From Mobula hypostoma (taxonomy: Eukaryota), in assembly GCF_963921235.1 (NCBI RefSeq), contig NC_086098.1, forward strand, positions 142,786,001-142,850,000: a stretch of DNA of 64,000 nt, in the 5' to 3' direction. Both the position numbers and the translations under genes were made by a program. Under the pieces are notes generated by a model. The model was not told the origin of the DNA and did not search any database. It saw only the letters and a list, made by a program, of their open reading frames with translations. Positions 1 to 12,171 of the stretch are shown here, one piece after another (positions within the stretch are counted from its first letter, which is position 1; each line of letters begins with the position of its first letter).

Positions 1-199
1 TAATATTTTCTAAGGCATCAAGCAACGGAACCACGTAACACTTAATTTCTGATTAACATATAAAACAGGGGTATTTCCAAAAGTGACCATGATTGAATTG
101 CAGTATGAGAGTATGGAAAGAGTTTTTTTTTACTTTCCAAAGGATTATGCTAGCTCTCAGAAAAACAAATAGATACTGATTTGCAGAAATGTTTCAAAA

Positions 200-475
200 T
201 TTTTCATTCTTTCACCATCTTTTATTTCTTTTCTTCCAAATACACTCATTCCCTCTCCCTCTCTTGCCCCCTCTTTTGCTCTGCCCCTCCCTCCCCCACC
301 CCATTCTTCCCCCATCTGCTCCCCCTTCGTCCCTGCCCCATTACCATCCCCTTCCCTCCCCCTCACCCCACTTCATCCCTCCCTCCTTTCTACTCTCATT
401 CTCTCTCTCCATTCTACTTTCCTCATTCATTTTACCTTCTTCCTACAATCCTCCTCCTGCTCCTGAAATTATCAT
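200..475. repeat. Pyrimidine-rich (C/T) low-complexity tract
   Basis: Almost G-free C/T run; the overlapping P/S/L/F-rich and G/E-rich ORFs are compositional artefacts. Confidence 0.85.
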
Positions 476-500
476 AGTGACCAACAGTAAACTATTTATA

Positions 501-1297
501 CAGTGGATTCTGGTTAATCGGTTATTTGGGACAACTTGAACAGAACAAAAACTAATCCAGAAAATAGCCGGGGTTCCCTTTGTTTATTTGGGGCATTATG
601 CCATGTAATTGGGGCAAAAGACTGTGGTGAACAGTTTCTAGCTAGCGTCAGACATGTGAACTTGTGTGGCCATTAGGCACTACACGATGCTTAGAGCGAT
701 CATTTTTAAATAGCATCGGTTGCATGCGCTTGTGTTCAAAAAGCAGTGATTTCTGTCACTGGTAATCGGTGAGAAATAGCTGTCAGACGATTCAGACAGT
801 CTTGATCACTGCAGTTTCAAGCAATCAGGTTTAGCGCTGCCGGAAACGGCCAGGAATGAAAATGAAAAGATTACACTACTTCAGCAAGTTAGGAACTATG
901 AAGAATTTAAAGCTATCACCAGTCATTTTGAATTTTACAATGAAAATGAGGATTTGGAGGATACCATCATCAATAGCATTGTATGAAGGCAGCCCAGTGT
1001 CTACACCAAGTGTCTGCACTGAATTTGTTCATTTACAGTGAGTCAGAAGAACATGGATGAATTCCTCCATCGATAACTATTAGGATCTAATACACAGTTT
1101 TTTCTAGAACTGTAGTACTATTTGTAGTGTTCTAATTTGTTCTGTATTTAATTTAAATACAAACTCTGTTACTCAGTTAAATGGTAGCTTGTCTTTTTAT
1201 GCCTTTTTACCTACTTCCATACAGCTAATTGGAGCAGCTGCTTAACTGGGGCAAAATGTACTGGTCCCAATGTGCCCCAATTAACCGGAATCCACTG
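501..1297. mobile_element. Non-autonomous pogo/Tigger-type DNA transposon
   Basis: 18-bp TIRs cagtggattctggttaat (501-518) and attaaccggaatccactg (1280-1297) with 1 mismatch, flanked by TA at 499-500 and 1298-1299. CAGT ends with a TA TSD are typical of Tigger/pogo. Confidence 0.85.
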
Positions 1298-3392
1298 TAT
1301 TATGGTTATTGGGATTAAATCTTTAAATCACCCCACGTTTTTTTCTGTTAAAGGATGCCCTTATGTAAAATCAGAGTTTTGTTTAGTGTAATTGTTGGCA
1401 TTCATGGTCATAAACTAGACACGTTTGGTATTTTTTAAATACTCTTATATTCTTATGACATTTGTATTGATAGATAACAGGACAAATTTCTTAACTGCTT
1501 TAATTCGACTATATACCATTTTCAGGAATGTCTTTTGTAATGCAGATTTCTGGCAGAATCATGTAGTACAAGCATCTTTCTTTCTCCAAATAAAAGCCAC
1601 TATCAATAATTTGCATGTGCAGATGACTGAAGTATTCTCTGGTGAAGTATAAACAATCCTCTTTGCTGATGCCCTTCCGGGTGCTTTTTATGTGACGTGC
1701 AGGAAATGGATCTGAGTTCCTAATAAAGACAGTCTAGGAAATGATGTGTGATTTGTTTCCCTAAACATTATCTAACCATTGTGGCCAAAAGTTGTTTTGA
1801 TTTTTGAGGGGGTATGGGGTAATACTGAATGGAGTAAATAAATGGAATGATTTTTATTAAATCAGGGATTGCACATGAAAAAAGGCCAAGGGATGTTTTC
1901 ACTGAATTAACTATTAAATTATGTTTTACCATGGAAAATATCTACCAAATTTTGCTTGTTATATTTCAAAACGTTGGTAACTTTATTTTGGGCTTACCTT
2001 GTCCGTGGAGGAATTTGAATGACAAAGAATCAGAGAGTCTTGCATTTAGAAATCTAGTGTATAACTGATGACAACTGTCAGACAAACAATACGTCTCCTG
2101 AAAATTCTTCTTGAAGAAACCAGTTTATAATAATTACCTGAAACAATTGCTGTCTGAATATTTATTTGTAAGATTTATCATTTGCGAATACAAATGGGCT
2201 TTTAGCAAAAAGGGCAAAGAGTTAAAATTCACCATCACTGGAGAGAGCTATTTACTCTGAAGATAAGGAAGTTCCAGATTCAAGATAAAGTATTTGTAAT
2301 CAATTTGAGAATGTCTCATATGATTGGTAGCAAGTACTAATTTACTTGCATGTTCTGTTTTCCACTTTTGTGGTTTACATCTCAACTGGACAGAGAAAAT
2401 TTAATTATAGTTCCCATAAAGAGTACTAAGCCTCACATATGGCCCTTTCACATGTGGCCATAAAGTTTTACATCAGTTTACCATTGACGAATGAACGGCT
2501 TGTCTTTGTTTAAGCATGCTTGCTGGTACTGTCCTTAACATTCGTCATTTTTGTCAATATTTTGTGTAGATTGGATAACTGCACAATGTGCATTTTAATT
2601 TGAAATACATGTTGAAATACTTGTAGTAGGGATTGTTTAAAGGTTTAATATTCTGAATGAAAATTAAAAGCCCCTACCTTGCTGTGCAATAAAATCTTTT
2701 ATCAATGCAAAGTAGCATAGTTTGTTATTATTATCCCTTTGTAATCTGTATACACAAAATATTTAAGACAATATTTTGTTTGCTTAGTGCCACTGGATTC
2801 AAACAGTGAAGGTTTCCTTCTAATGTGTGGTATACATTTTGAAATAATGTAACGCAATACTTGTAACTCTTCAGCAGACTCATTATGTTTTAATTATGCA
2901 ACAGAACAAGCTCTTTTGATAATAAAAATGCCTTTATTTCATGTTTGTCTTTGGCGCATCTTCCACTGATATTCACATACTTTTAAAAAATGTGATTTTT
3001 TGTAAATGTGTGAAATAGCGTCTTTTGCTAAAAGACTTTTTAAAAAATGATTTACAATCTTTGCAAATTAAATGTTTATGTACATTCATTAATAAGTTAT
3101 TACAGGGTGCTTAGTGTTCTGTCACTTGATTTGATATAATGCCAAGTTTTATTTGATGGTTTAAAAACAGAGCTTTACACAACAATCTTGAATGAAAGCC
3201 ACTTAAGCTGTAGTTAGCCTTGGGCAAATCATTTCCCGAGTGCAGCTCAGTCATATCTACAAACAAATCATGAATTGTATGGCAGCACCTTGTCCTTCTC
3301 CTGTTTCTGATGGTTCAACAATATGCCAGGTTGTGCCAGCAACTTAGAAAAGATGGAATGGAAAGACAAAATTACAAAAATTCTATTGCAAT

Positions 3393-3688
3393 TAGAAACA
3401 TAGAAAACCTACAGCACAATACAGGCCCTTCGGCCCACAATGCTGTGCCAAGCATGTACATACTTTAGAAATTACCTAAGGTTACCCATAGCCCTCTATT
3501 TTTCTAAGCTTCATGTACCTATCCAGGAGCCTCTTAAAAGACCCTATTGTATCCACCTCCACCACCATTGCTGGCAGCCCATTCCATGCACTCACCACTC
3601 TCTGTGTAAAAAAAAACTTATCCCTGACATCTCCTCTGTACCTACTTCCAAGCACCTTAAAACTGTATCCCCTTGTGCTAGCCATAAA
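3393..3688 (-). mobile_element. CR1 LINE 3' fragment
   Basis: ORF 3482-3685 (TRGYSFKV...FFTQRVVSAWNGLP...SFKRLLDRYM) is the CR1 ORF2 C-terminus, followed by the CR1 3' UTR and tail. Confidence 0.9.
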
Positions 3689-4299
3689 CTTTATTCAGAC
3701 TGTAGTCTGCAGTCCTTCCCCAATGAAGATTTTGCATTGGCTTCATGGAGCTTCAGTGTATTCCTCAGCATGTTCTCGCATCTTGGAATATGCCACTTGG
3801 TAGCATTCCATTATGGACACTTATTTATACAGGAAGAACAAGCTTCGGGCAGAATTCTTCAAGTATAAAAAATGTTTCCCTTTCTGTGTAAAGTTGAGCT
3901 CCCACATGTTGAGCAGCTGCCAGATATTATGTAAAATGTATTTTTAGTTTTGATTGATGTTCCTCCTTGTCAGGTATCCGAACACTTGATTCTCTCTTAG
4001 CCAGTTAACAGAAGGTATCTATACCCCTCATAACTGTATACCTCAATCAGGTTACCCCTCAGGCTCTCTGCTTCAAGCTAAACTGGCCCAGCCTATCTGC
4101 TTCCCTGCAGCTGTAACAGCCCACTGCAGGATGCTGTTATTAGGACATTGTTAATAGAAATAGCTAATGATTAGATAAGTAAAGCATCCTACAAGCTTTT
4201 AATCATAACTGATTGTTGTTATTGACCTTGATGTCATGTTTCCAGTAACTCATTTAATGTAGTATTCAGATTAAAATGTTGGAAATACTCAGTCATTAT

Positions 4300-4550
4300 G
4301 AGATAGATAATGCAGACAGGCGCTTTAGCTCTCCTGACTGTCAAGCACCCATCCATACTAATCCCATTTTATTCTCAGATTCTACCATTCACCTACATGC
4401 TTACGGTGGCCAATTAACACTGAGACAAAGCCAGAGCACGCAATGGAACACACATGACCCCGGGGAGAACATGCAAGCCCCACAAAGACCCACCCAGATC
4501 ACTGGAGCCCTGAGGCATCAGCCCTACTAGCTGCACTGTTGTGTAACCCA
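4300..4550 (-). mobile_element. Decayed tRNA-derived V-domain SINE
   Basis: Reverse complement resembles the SINE body at 29523 (ggggagaacatgcaagc corresponds to gtttgtacgttctcccc). Confidence 0.5.
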
Positions 4551-4652
4551 ATGTTACATCCCATCTCTGGTAGTTAGTTAAAAGCACTTTGTAAAATTCT
4601 CACCACCTGGTTGTCTAGACTCATTTTGTGAATTTGTTCATCATTTGTTCCC

Positions 4653-5294
4653 CAATGGCATATTGGCCTTCATAACAAGGGGAGTTGAGTATAGGAGCAA
4701 AGAGGTCCTTCTGCAGTTGTACAGGGCCCTGGTGAGCCACACCTGGAGTACTGTGTACAGTTTTGGTCTCCAAATTTGAGAAAGGACATTCTTGCTATTG
4801 AGGAAGTGCAGCGGAGGTTCACAAGGTTAATTCCCTGGATGACGGGACTGTCATATATTGAAAGATTGGAGCGTCTGGGCTTGTATACACTGGAATTTAG
4901 AAGGATGAGAGGGGATCTGTTTGAAACATATAAGATTATTAAGGGATTGGACACGCTAGCGGCAGGAAACATGTTTCCGATGTTGGGGGAGTCCAGAACC
5001 AGAGGCCACAATTTGAGAATAGGGGATAGGCCATTTAGAACGGAGTTGAGGAAAAACTTTTTCACCCATTGAGTCGTGGATCTGTGGAATGCTCTGCCTC
5101 GGAAGGCAGTGGAGGCCAATTCTCTGGATGCTTTCAAGAAAGAGTTAGATAGAACTCTTAATGATAGCAGAGTCAAGGGATATGGGGAGAAGGCAGGAAT
5201 GGGGTACTGATTGTGGATGATCAGCCATGATCACAGTGAATGGTGGTGCTGGCTCGAAGGGCCAAATGGCCTACTCCTGCACCTGTTGTCTATT
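4653..5294 (+). mobile_element. CR1 LINE 3' fragment (young family)
   Basis: ORF 4776-5072 (EVQRRFTRLIP...RRMRGDLFETYKIIKG...TRGHNLRI...FFT) plus 3' UTR; closely similar to the inverted copy at 35750-36478. Confidence 0.93.
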
Positions 5295-6102
5295 AAGATG
5301 GTGACTGCTTGTGAGTTGCAGTTCCATAAGCATCAGCATCTCACCAGAGTGCTCATTTTTTCGTGAGTGAGTCCAGACAGTAAACATTGAACAACTGTTA
5401 TGTCTGTGATAAGCTATTAACCATAGAAGCACTCAATTCTAATATGCATTTTTCCAGTTGAAGCATTAGTAATTAACTGATATTAAAGCAAATTGCACAC
5501 TGTCCACAATTTAATGCAAATTTTCAGAATGTGATACTATGTCAGTTCAGCATTTAATGTTCATACTTTTGAAATGTGCTAGTTCAGAGGTGTTTAAAAC
5601 ATGGATCCAAATTGCTTTCAGATGTTGCCTTCTAACTGAATGTCATAAAGTCATGGAGCACTGCCACACAGAAAGAGTCCCTTTGGCCCACCTAGTTGTG
5701 CCAAACTGTTAGTCCTGACCAGTCGTACATGACCTACACCTGGACCATAGTTCTTCATAACCAACCCATCCATGGATAGGAAATGGATAAGTACATGGAT
5801 GGGAGTGAATATGGTATGTTATGTGACTCTGATAGCTTAGCTGTTGAAGTTACAGACAGGTAGAAAATAAAACAGTTCAGTGTTGAAGGTAACTTTGAGA
5901 TTAAATCAACTAGCACTTGATAGGTAGAACAGCCCAGTACAAGATCAGGCACTTCAACCCACAATGTCTATACTAACCATATTGCCAATTTAAACTAATC
6001 CGATCTGCCTGCAAATGGACCATATCCCTGCCTATTCAAGCAACACACATAAAAGTTACTGGTGAACGCAGCAGGCCAAGGCAGCATCTCTAGGAAGAGG
6101 TA

Positions 6103-6139
6103 CAGTCGACGTTTCAAGCCAAGACCCTTCGTCAGGACT
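6103..6139 (-). ncRNA. Type I hammerhead ribozyme motif (weak stem II)
   Basis: Minus strand reads agtc-CTGACGA-A-gggtcttggctt-GAAA-C-GTC-gact. Confidence 0.7.
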
Positions 6140-6448
6140 AACTGAAGGAAGAGCTAGTAAGAGATTTGAAAGGGGGAGGGGGAGATCCAAAATGATAGGA
6201 GAAGACAGGAGGGGAAGGGATGGAGCCAAGAGCTGGACAGGTGATTGGCAAAAGGGATATGAGAGGATCATGGGACAGGATGCTTAGGGAGAAAGAAAAG
6301 GGGGAGGGGGGAATCCCAGAGGATGGGCAAGGGGTATAGTGAGAGGGACAGAGGGAGAAAAAGAATATATATAAATATAAAATAATGGATGGGGTACGAG
6401 GGGGAGGAGGGGTATTAACGAAAGTTAGAGAAGTCAATGTTCATGCCA

Positions 6449-6605
6449 CACACATCAAAGTTGCTGGTGAACGCAGCAGGCCAGGCAGCATCTCTAGGAA
6501 GAGGTACAGTCGACGTTTCAGGTCGAGACCCTTCATCAGGACTAACTGAAGGAAGAGTTAGTAAGAGATGTTGCTTGAATTTCCAGCATCTGCAGAATTC
6601 CTGTT
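6449..6605 (-). mobile_element. 157-bp Penelope pseudo-LTR mini-insertion inside the same family
   Basis: 16-bp TSD gtcaatgttcatgcca at 6433-6448 and 6606-6621. Repeats about 6044-6165 and ends in a short inverted tail (tgttgcttgaatttccagcatctgcag). Confidence 0.85.
6507..6543 (-). ncRNA. Type I hammerhead ribozyme motif (best-preserved copy)
   Basis: Minus strand reads agtc-CTGATGA-A-GGGT(ctcg)ACCT-GAAA-C-GTC-gact: intact core, paired stems I and II, palindromic ACGT minimal stem III. Confidence 0.8.
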
Positions 6606-6949
6606 GTCAATGTTCATGCCATCAGGTTGGAGGCTACCCAGGTGGAATATAAGGTGTTGTTCCTCCAACTTGAGTGTGGCTTCATCTTGACAGTAGAGGA
6701 GGCCGGGGATAGATATATCAGAATGGGAATGGGACGTGGAATTAAAATGTGTGGCCACTGGGAGATCCTGCTTTCTCCTGCCTATTCATGCACCTGATTA
6801 AAGATTAACCTCTCAAAGATTGCTATTTTATCTGCTTCCACCACTTCCCATGGCTGCATGATTGTTAACCTATCTCTTCTGTGTAAAAAGAACAACTAAA
6901 AAGACCTCCGAACCTAGAATAGTCCAGCACAAAAATAGGTGCTCTGTCC

Positions 6950-9110
6950 CAAGATTTCAAATTAAACAGGTTCTCTTCTGCCAGTACATGATGCATATCC
7001 CTCCAACCCTGCATATTCATGAACTCACCTAGCAGCCTCTTAAATGTCATTATCATATCTGCTTCTACCACTCCACCCATTCCAGACACCTGCCTCATTC
7101 CACATGTAAAAACAACTTGACCCACACATCCCCTTTAATCTACTCCCCTCTCACCTTAAATGCATGTTGTCTAGTACTTGACGTTTCTATCCTGGAATAA
7201 AGATTCTGACTGGCTATGCCATCTATGCCTCTCATAATTTTAGAAACTTGTATCAGCTCCTTCAGCCTCAGTTATTCCAGAAAAAATAGCCATACTCTCA
7301 AAGTTCAGAACTCATACCCTCACATCTAGGCAACATCCTGATAAACCTCTTCTGCATTCTTTATAAAGCCTCCTGGGGTGACTAGAATTATACATAATTC
7401 TCCAAATGTGGCCTAACCAAATACACTTTCTTTACCACCCTAGCTACTTATGTAGAACAACTGGGACCCTTTGGCCCACGAAGTTGTAGCAGCCTGTATA
7501 GCGTACTCTATACTCAATCTAACCCTTCAATATCCTCGGGCAATTGCTATTACCACCCTGGGAAAAAGGTGCTGGCTGTCCACTATCAATGCCTCTCATA
7601 ATTTTGTGCACCTCCATCAAGTCACCTCTCATACTCTGTCACTCCAAAGAGAAAAGCTTTGTATTCACCTTTAAGTTTAATCTTCTTGACACTTGACACT
7701 TTTCTGGATCGAACTCCATCTATCATTTCTTTATCCAACTCTATATTCTGATTATATCCCTTAGTACCTACAACAACCTTCTCCACTATCCACAACACCT
7801 CCAACCTCATGTCATCTGCAAACTTATTGACCCACCCTTCCTTTCCTCAGCCAAGTCATTTAGAAAATTCACAAGGGGCAGGAGTCCTACCCTACCATCT
7901 TTACCCTATCATACATTTTAGTGAGCTGTGGACAAAGACCCCAATATCCTAATCCATAATGTCATTAAGGGCCCTGCTATTAACTGTGTACTTTACATCA
8001 GCCCTCCCAAAGAGTCACACCTCGCATTTCTTCGATTAACATATCTGCCATTTATTTGCCTGTATCTATATCTTGCTGTATCATTTGACACTGCACTGTT
8101 TACAACTTCAGCAATCTTTGTGTTATCTGCATACTCAAATCTCTTACTAATATCCATAAATGACATTTACTGCTCTATCTTCGTCAATGAACTTCATCAC
8201 CTCCACAAAAAACTCAAATCAAGTTTGTAGGACATGACATGTTCTGCTGACTGCCCCTAATCGGGTAACGTTTTTCCAGAATCCACCTAAATCCTATCCC
8301 CAAGAATCCTCTCCAGCAGCTTTCCTACCATTGATGAGAGAGCTACTTGCCTGTAATTCCTGGATGATCCCTATTTCCTTTCTTGAACAAAGGGAACAAC
8401 ATTGACTAATCTTCAGTCCTTTGGGGCCCTACCTACTTCTAGTAAGGATACAAGAATCTTTATCAAAGCCCCAGTGGTCTCCTCTCTTGCCCCTTTCAAT
8501 AACCTGAGATATATCCCATCAAGCCTTGGTGACTTATCTACCTTAATGTTCTTCAAAAGGCTCATCACCATCTCTAATTCCATAGAACATTAGTATGCCC
8601 TTCTCCTTAGTGAATACCAATGCAAAGTACTCATTTAGTGCCCACCATATCTCATTTAAAATTTTCCTTCTCTCTTTAAAGCTGTCCTTCACTATTTGAC
8701 ATTTCCACCATGGCCAAAATATTCTATCCACTGTATCTATGCCTCTGATAATTTTTTTTACTAACATCAGGTCACCCCACAGCCTCTGACACTTCCAGCT
8801 AAACAACCCAAGTTTGTCCACCATCTCTTTATAAACTAATACTCTCTTAATCTAGACAACATCTTGCTGAATTTCTGTAATCTCTCCAAACCTTCCACAC
8901 CCTCCTTTTAATGCTGCGACCAAAATGGCAAACAAACGTCAAACATTCCCCAAATAAAACGCAACTTCCTGACTTTTATACTCAGCACCCCAATCAGTGA
9001 AGGAAAGAATGCACATGTGTACCATCTCTTTTGTTGGCACTTAAAAGGAGCTATGGACTTGTATTCCAACATCCCTCTATATATCAATTCTTTTAAGGTC
9101 TTAGTGTACA
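6950..9110 (-). mobile_element. Cluster of old CR1 LINE fragments
   Basis: Decayed CR1 motifs, e.g. ORF 8543-8824 (LGLFSW...LWGDLMLVKKIIRGID; ALNEYFALVFTKE) and ORF 6865-7125 (VVEADMIMTFKRLL). Confidence 0.7.
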
Positions 9111-9867
9111 CTTCTCTCTTACATTTGCCCTCGCCAGGTACAGCAGCGGTGTGCAGAATATATATATATTTATAATGTACAACATGAATCATAAAACATC
9201 CCAGAGTGTTTTAGAGAAGCACTAATGGACACATAAATGATCCTAGGTTTAATTATTTTAGCTAGGTTTAATTATTTTAGATCATCACAATGTACTTCAT
9301 TCCTTCATTGGAGATCACTGTCTATTAGCACCAGCCTGCATTTTACTGCTTTCACGTAGGCTGTTGTTATGGCATTTCCTTTAATCGATATGTAGGACAG
9401 ATTTGTTTTTGAAAAGCATCAGTGAATGTTTTGGAATTTTGAGCTACTGCCTGATAAAGTCCCAAAGTTTTGTGACAGACTGGGTGGCAAAGTGATGGCC
9501 ACGACTGACAAAAATGCGAGGTTACTACCAATTATGAGATTTCCCTCATCTTCCCCAACCCCCACCCTCCCGAAAGTTTCTGTATGACACATGCCTTTCA
9601 ATGAAAAATATGATTTTATTATCAGGGTCAATCCACTTTCCACTCATCAAGAAATATGTCTTCTTTCTGTTTTCCAGCATCCTCAATATTTTATCTTTAT
9701 TTCCAGTTTCTATGTTTTCTCTGCTAATTGAAGTAGACTACCTAGATAACATAGCAATATCAACCATCTCAGAATCCGAATCGGGTTTATTATCACTGAC
9801 ATTGGTCGTGAAGTTTGCTGTTTTGCGGCAGCAGTGCAGTGCAATGCATAAATATACTATAAATTAT

Positions 9868-11180
9868 AATAAGATAAGATGAAACTTTACTCATCTGGAA
9901 GGAAATTATTGTTGCAAAGTTGCTCAGTCAGAAATGTACACTTTAAATTACAAAATCTAGGCACTGAGGAACAAAATAAATACAAAATGTGCATTAAAAA
10001 GTAATAGTGCAAAATACAGATGTGTAATGAAACCATGTTCTTATACACTTAAGTAGGAGGAGTTGTAGAGTTTCATTGCCACAGGGAGAAAGGATCTCCT
10101 GTGGGGTTCATAAAACGTAGAACAGAAATTTACAGCACATTACAGGCCTTTCAGCCCACAATGTTGTGCCAACCATGTAACCTACTCTAGAAACTGGCTA
10201 AAATTTCCCTAGCGCGTAGCCCTCTACTTTTCTAAGCTCCATGTACCTGTCTCAGAGGCTCTTAAAAGACCCTATTGTATCCGCTTCCACTCACCCACCA
10301 CCCTCTGTGTGAAAAACTTCCCCTGACATCCCTTCGGTACCTATTTCCAAGCACTTTAAAACTATGCCCCCCCCATGTTAGCCTTTTCAGCCCTGGGAAA
10401 AAACCTCTGGCTATCCACACAATCAATGCCTCTCATTATCTTGTACACCTCTATCAGGTCACCTCTCATCCTCCGTTGCTCTAAGGAGAAAAGGCCAAGC
10501 ACACTTAACCTATTCTGATAAGGTACGCCCTCCAATCCAGGCAACATCCTTGTAAATCTCCTCTGCACTCTCTATAGTTTCCACATTCTACAGTTCAGTG
10601 GTGCACCTCAGTGGAGTCAGTCTGTTACTAAAGATGCTCCTCTGTTTGTCCGGTATGTCATGGAGGGGGTGAGAGGGATTGCCATAATGCTCCATAGCTT
10701 CTGCCACATCCTCTCTCAGACACAACCACCAGGGGATCCACTTCCATCCCCAGAACAGAGCCAGCCTTCCTGACGAGCTTATCGATCATTTTGGCCTCAG
10801 CTGCTCTCACCCTGCCGCCCCAGCAGACGACAGCGTAGAATAGAATGCTGGCCACCACTGAGTCATAGGACATCTGCAGCTTAGTACTGCAGACATTGAA
10901 TGACCGGAGCCTCCTCAGGAAGTACAGTCAGCTCTGTCCCTTCTTGTACAGAGCCCCTGTATTTTCAGCCCAGTCCAGTTTATTGTCCAAGTGATTTCCC
11001 AGGTATTTGCAGTCCCGGACAATTTTAACATCTGTTCCCTTGATGCAGATGGGAATGCAGTGTGTTTTCATCTTCCTGAAGTCCACCACCAACTCTTTTG
11101 TCTTAGTGATGTTGAGCTGTAGGTGATTCAGCCCAAACCACTCAACAAAGTTGTCCTCCACTCTTCTGTACTCAGCCTCT
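9868..11180 (-). mobile_element. Rex1/Babar LINE 3' portion, interrupted by CR1
   Basis: ORF 10928-11161 (FVEW..LNHLQLNITKTKELVVDFRK..YLG.HLDNKLDW) and ORF 10658-10873 (YDSVVASILFYAVVCWG); (AAGAT)n tail near 9868-9880. Confidence 0.85.
10111..10592 (-). mobile_element. CR1 LINE 3' fragment nested in Rex1
   Basis: ORF 10362-10568 (QRRFTRMLPGL..LGLFSLEQRRMRGDLIEVYKIMRG); possible 5-bp TSD gttca at 10106-10110 and 10593-10597. Confidence 0.88.
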
Positions 11181-11189
11181 TAAGAAGTA

Positions 11190-11490
11190 TATAAGTAAAA
11201 TATTAATAAGTTGTGTTAAAGGAGCAAAACAATTGTGAAGTAGTATTCATGGGTCTATTGTCCATTCAGAAATCCGGTTGCAGAGGGGAAGAAGCTGTTC
11301 ATAAAACATCCTCTTTGATGGTAGCAATGAGAAGAGGGCATGTTCTGGGTGGTGGCTATCCTTAATAATGAATGCCACCTTTCTAAGGCATTGCCTTTTG
11401 AAGATATATTTGATGGTGCGGAGGCTAGTGACCATGATGGAGCTGTCTGAGTTTACAATTCACTGCAGATTTTTCCAGCCCTGTGCAGTG
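11190..11490 (-). mobile_element. Older Rex1-like 3' fragment (its tail probably continues at about 9770-9867)
   Basis: ORF 11247-11435 (CLRKVAFIIKDSHHPEHALFSLLPS). Confidence 0.7.
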
Positions 11491-11574
11491 GCAAGATAGA
11501 GTGAAATCTCTAGCAACACGCATAAAAGTTGCTGGTGAACACAGCAGGCCAGGCAGCATCTCTAGGAAGAGGTA

Positions 11575-11612
11575 CAGTTGATGTTTCGGGCCGAGACCCT
11601 TCATCAGGACTA
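11575..11612 (-). ncRNA. Hammerhead motif with mutated stem III
   Basis: CTGATGAAGGGTCTCGGCCCGAAACATCaact; ACGT has changed to ACAT. Confidence 0.6.
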
Positions 11613-12134
11613 ACTGAAAGAAGAGCTAGTAAGAGATTTGAAAGGGGGAGAGGGAGGGGGAGATCCGAAATGATAGGACAAGACAGGAGGGGGACGGATG
11701 GAGCCAAGAGCTGGACAGGTGATCGGCAAAAGGGATATGAGAGGATCATGGGACAGGAGGCCTAGGGAGAAAGAAAAGGGGGAGGGGGGAAGCCCAGAGG
11801 ATGGGCAAGGGGTATAGTGAGGGGGACAGAGGGAGAAAAAGGAGAGAGAGAAAAAAAATGTGTGTACAGTATATAAATAAATAACGGACGGGGTACGAGG
11901 GGGAGGTGGGGCATTAGCAGACATTTGAGAAGTCAATGTTCGTGCCATCAGGTTGGAGGCTACCCAGAGGGAATATAAGGTGTTGTTCCTCCAGCCTGAG
12001 TGTGGCCTCATCTTGACAGTAGAGGAGGCCGTGGATACCTTTCTTTCTCCCTAGGCCTCCTGTTTTCTCCTATCATTTCAGATCTACCCCTCTCCTTCCC
12101 ACTTTAACACTTCTTACTAGTTCTTCTTTCAGTT

Positions 12135-12171
12135 AGTCCTGACGAAGGGTCTCGGCCCAAAACATCGACTG
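12135..12171 (+). ncRNA. Hammerhead motif with mutated core
   Basis: agtcCTGACGAAGGGTCTCGGCCCAAAACATCgact; GAAA has changed to AAAA. Confidence 0.6.

Larger units (their letters stand above)
6039..6776 (-). mobile_element. Penelope-like element 3' end (GIY-YIG C-terminus plus pseudo-LTR), containing a nested mini-copy
   Basis: ORF 6558-6758 (HFNSTSHSHSD...EEQHLIFHLGSLQPDGMNID) is the PLE endonuclease C-terminus. 12-bp TSD cctgcctattca at 6027-6038 and 6777-6788. Confidence 0.88.

Noticed and set aside
157-539. Three overlapping ORFs
   Set aside because: Low-complexity C/T tract that lacks stop codons because of its composition.
2380-2520. Shh ZRS-like limb enhancer
   Set aside because: Shares only generic Hox-type motifs; no colinear similarity to the ZRS as I recall it.
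9243-9280. Perfect 19-bp tandem duplication
   Set aside because: Ordinary slippage duplication with no further structure.
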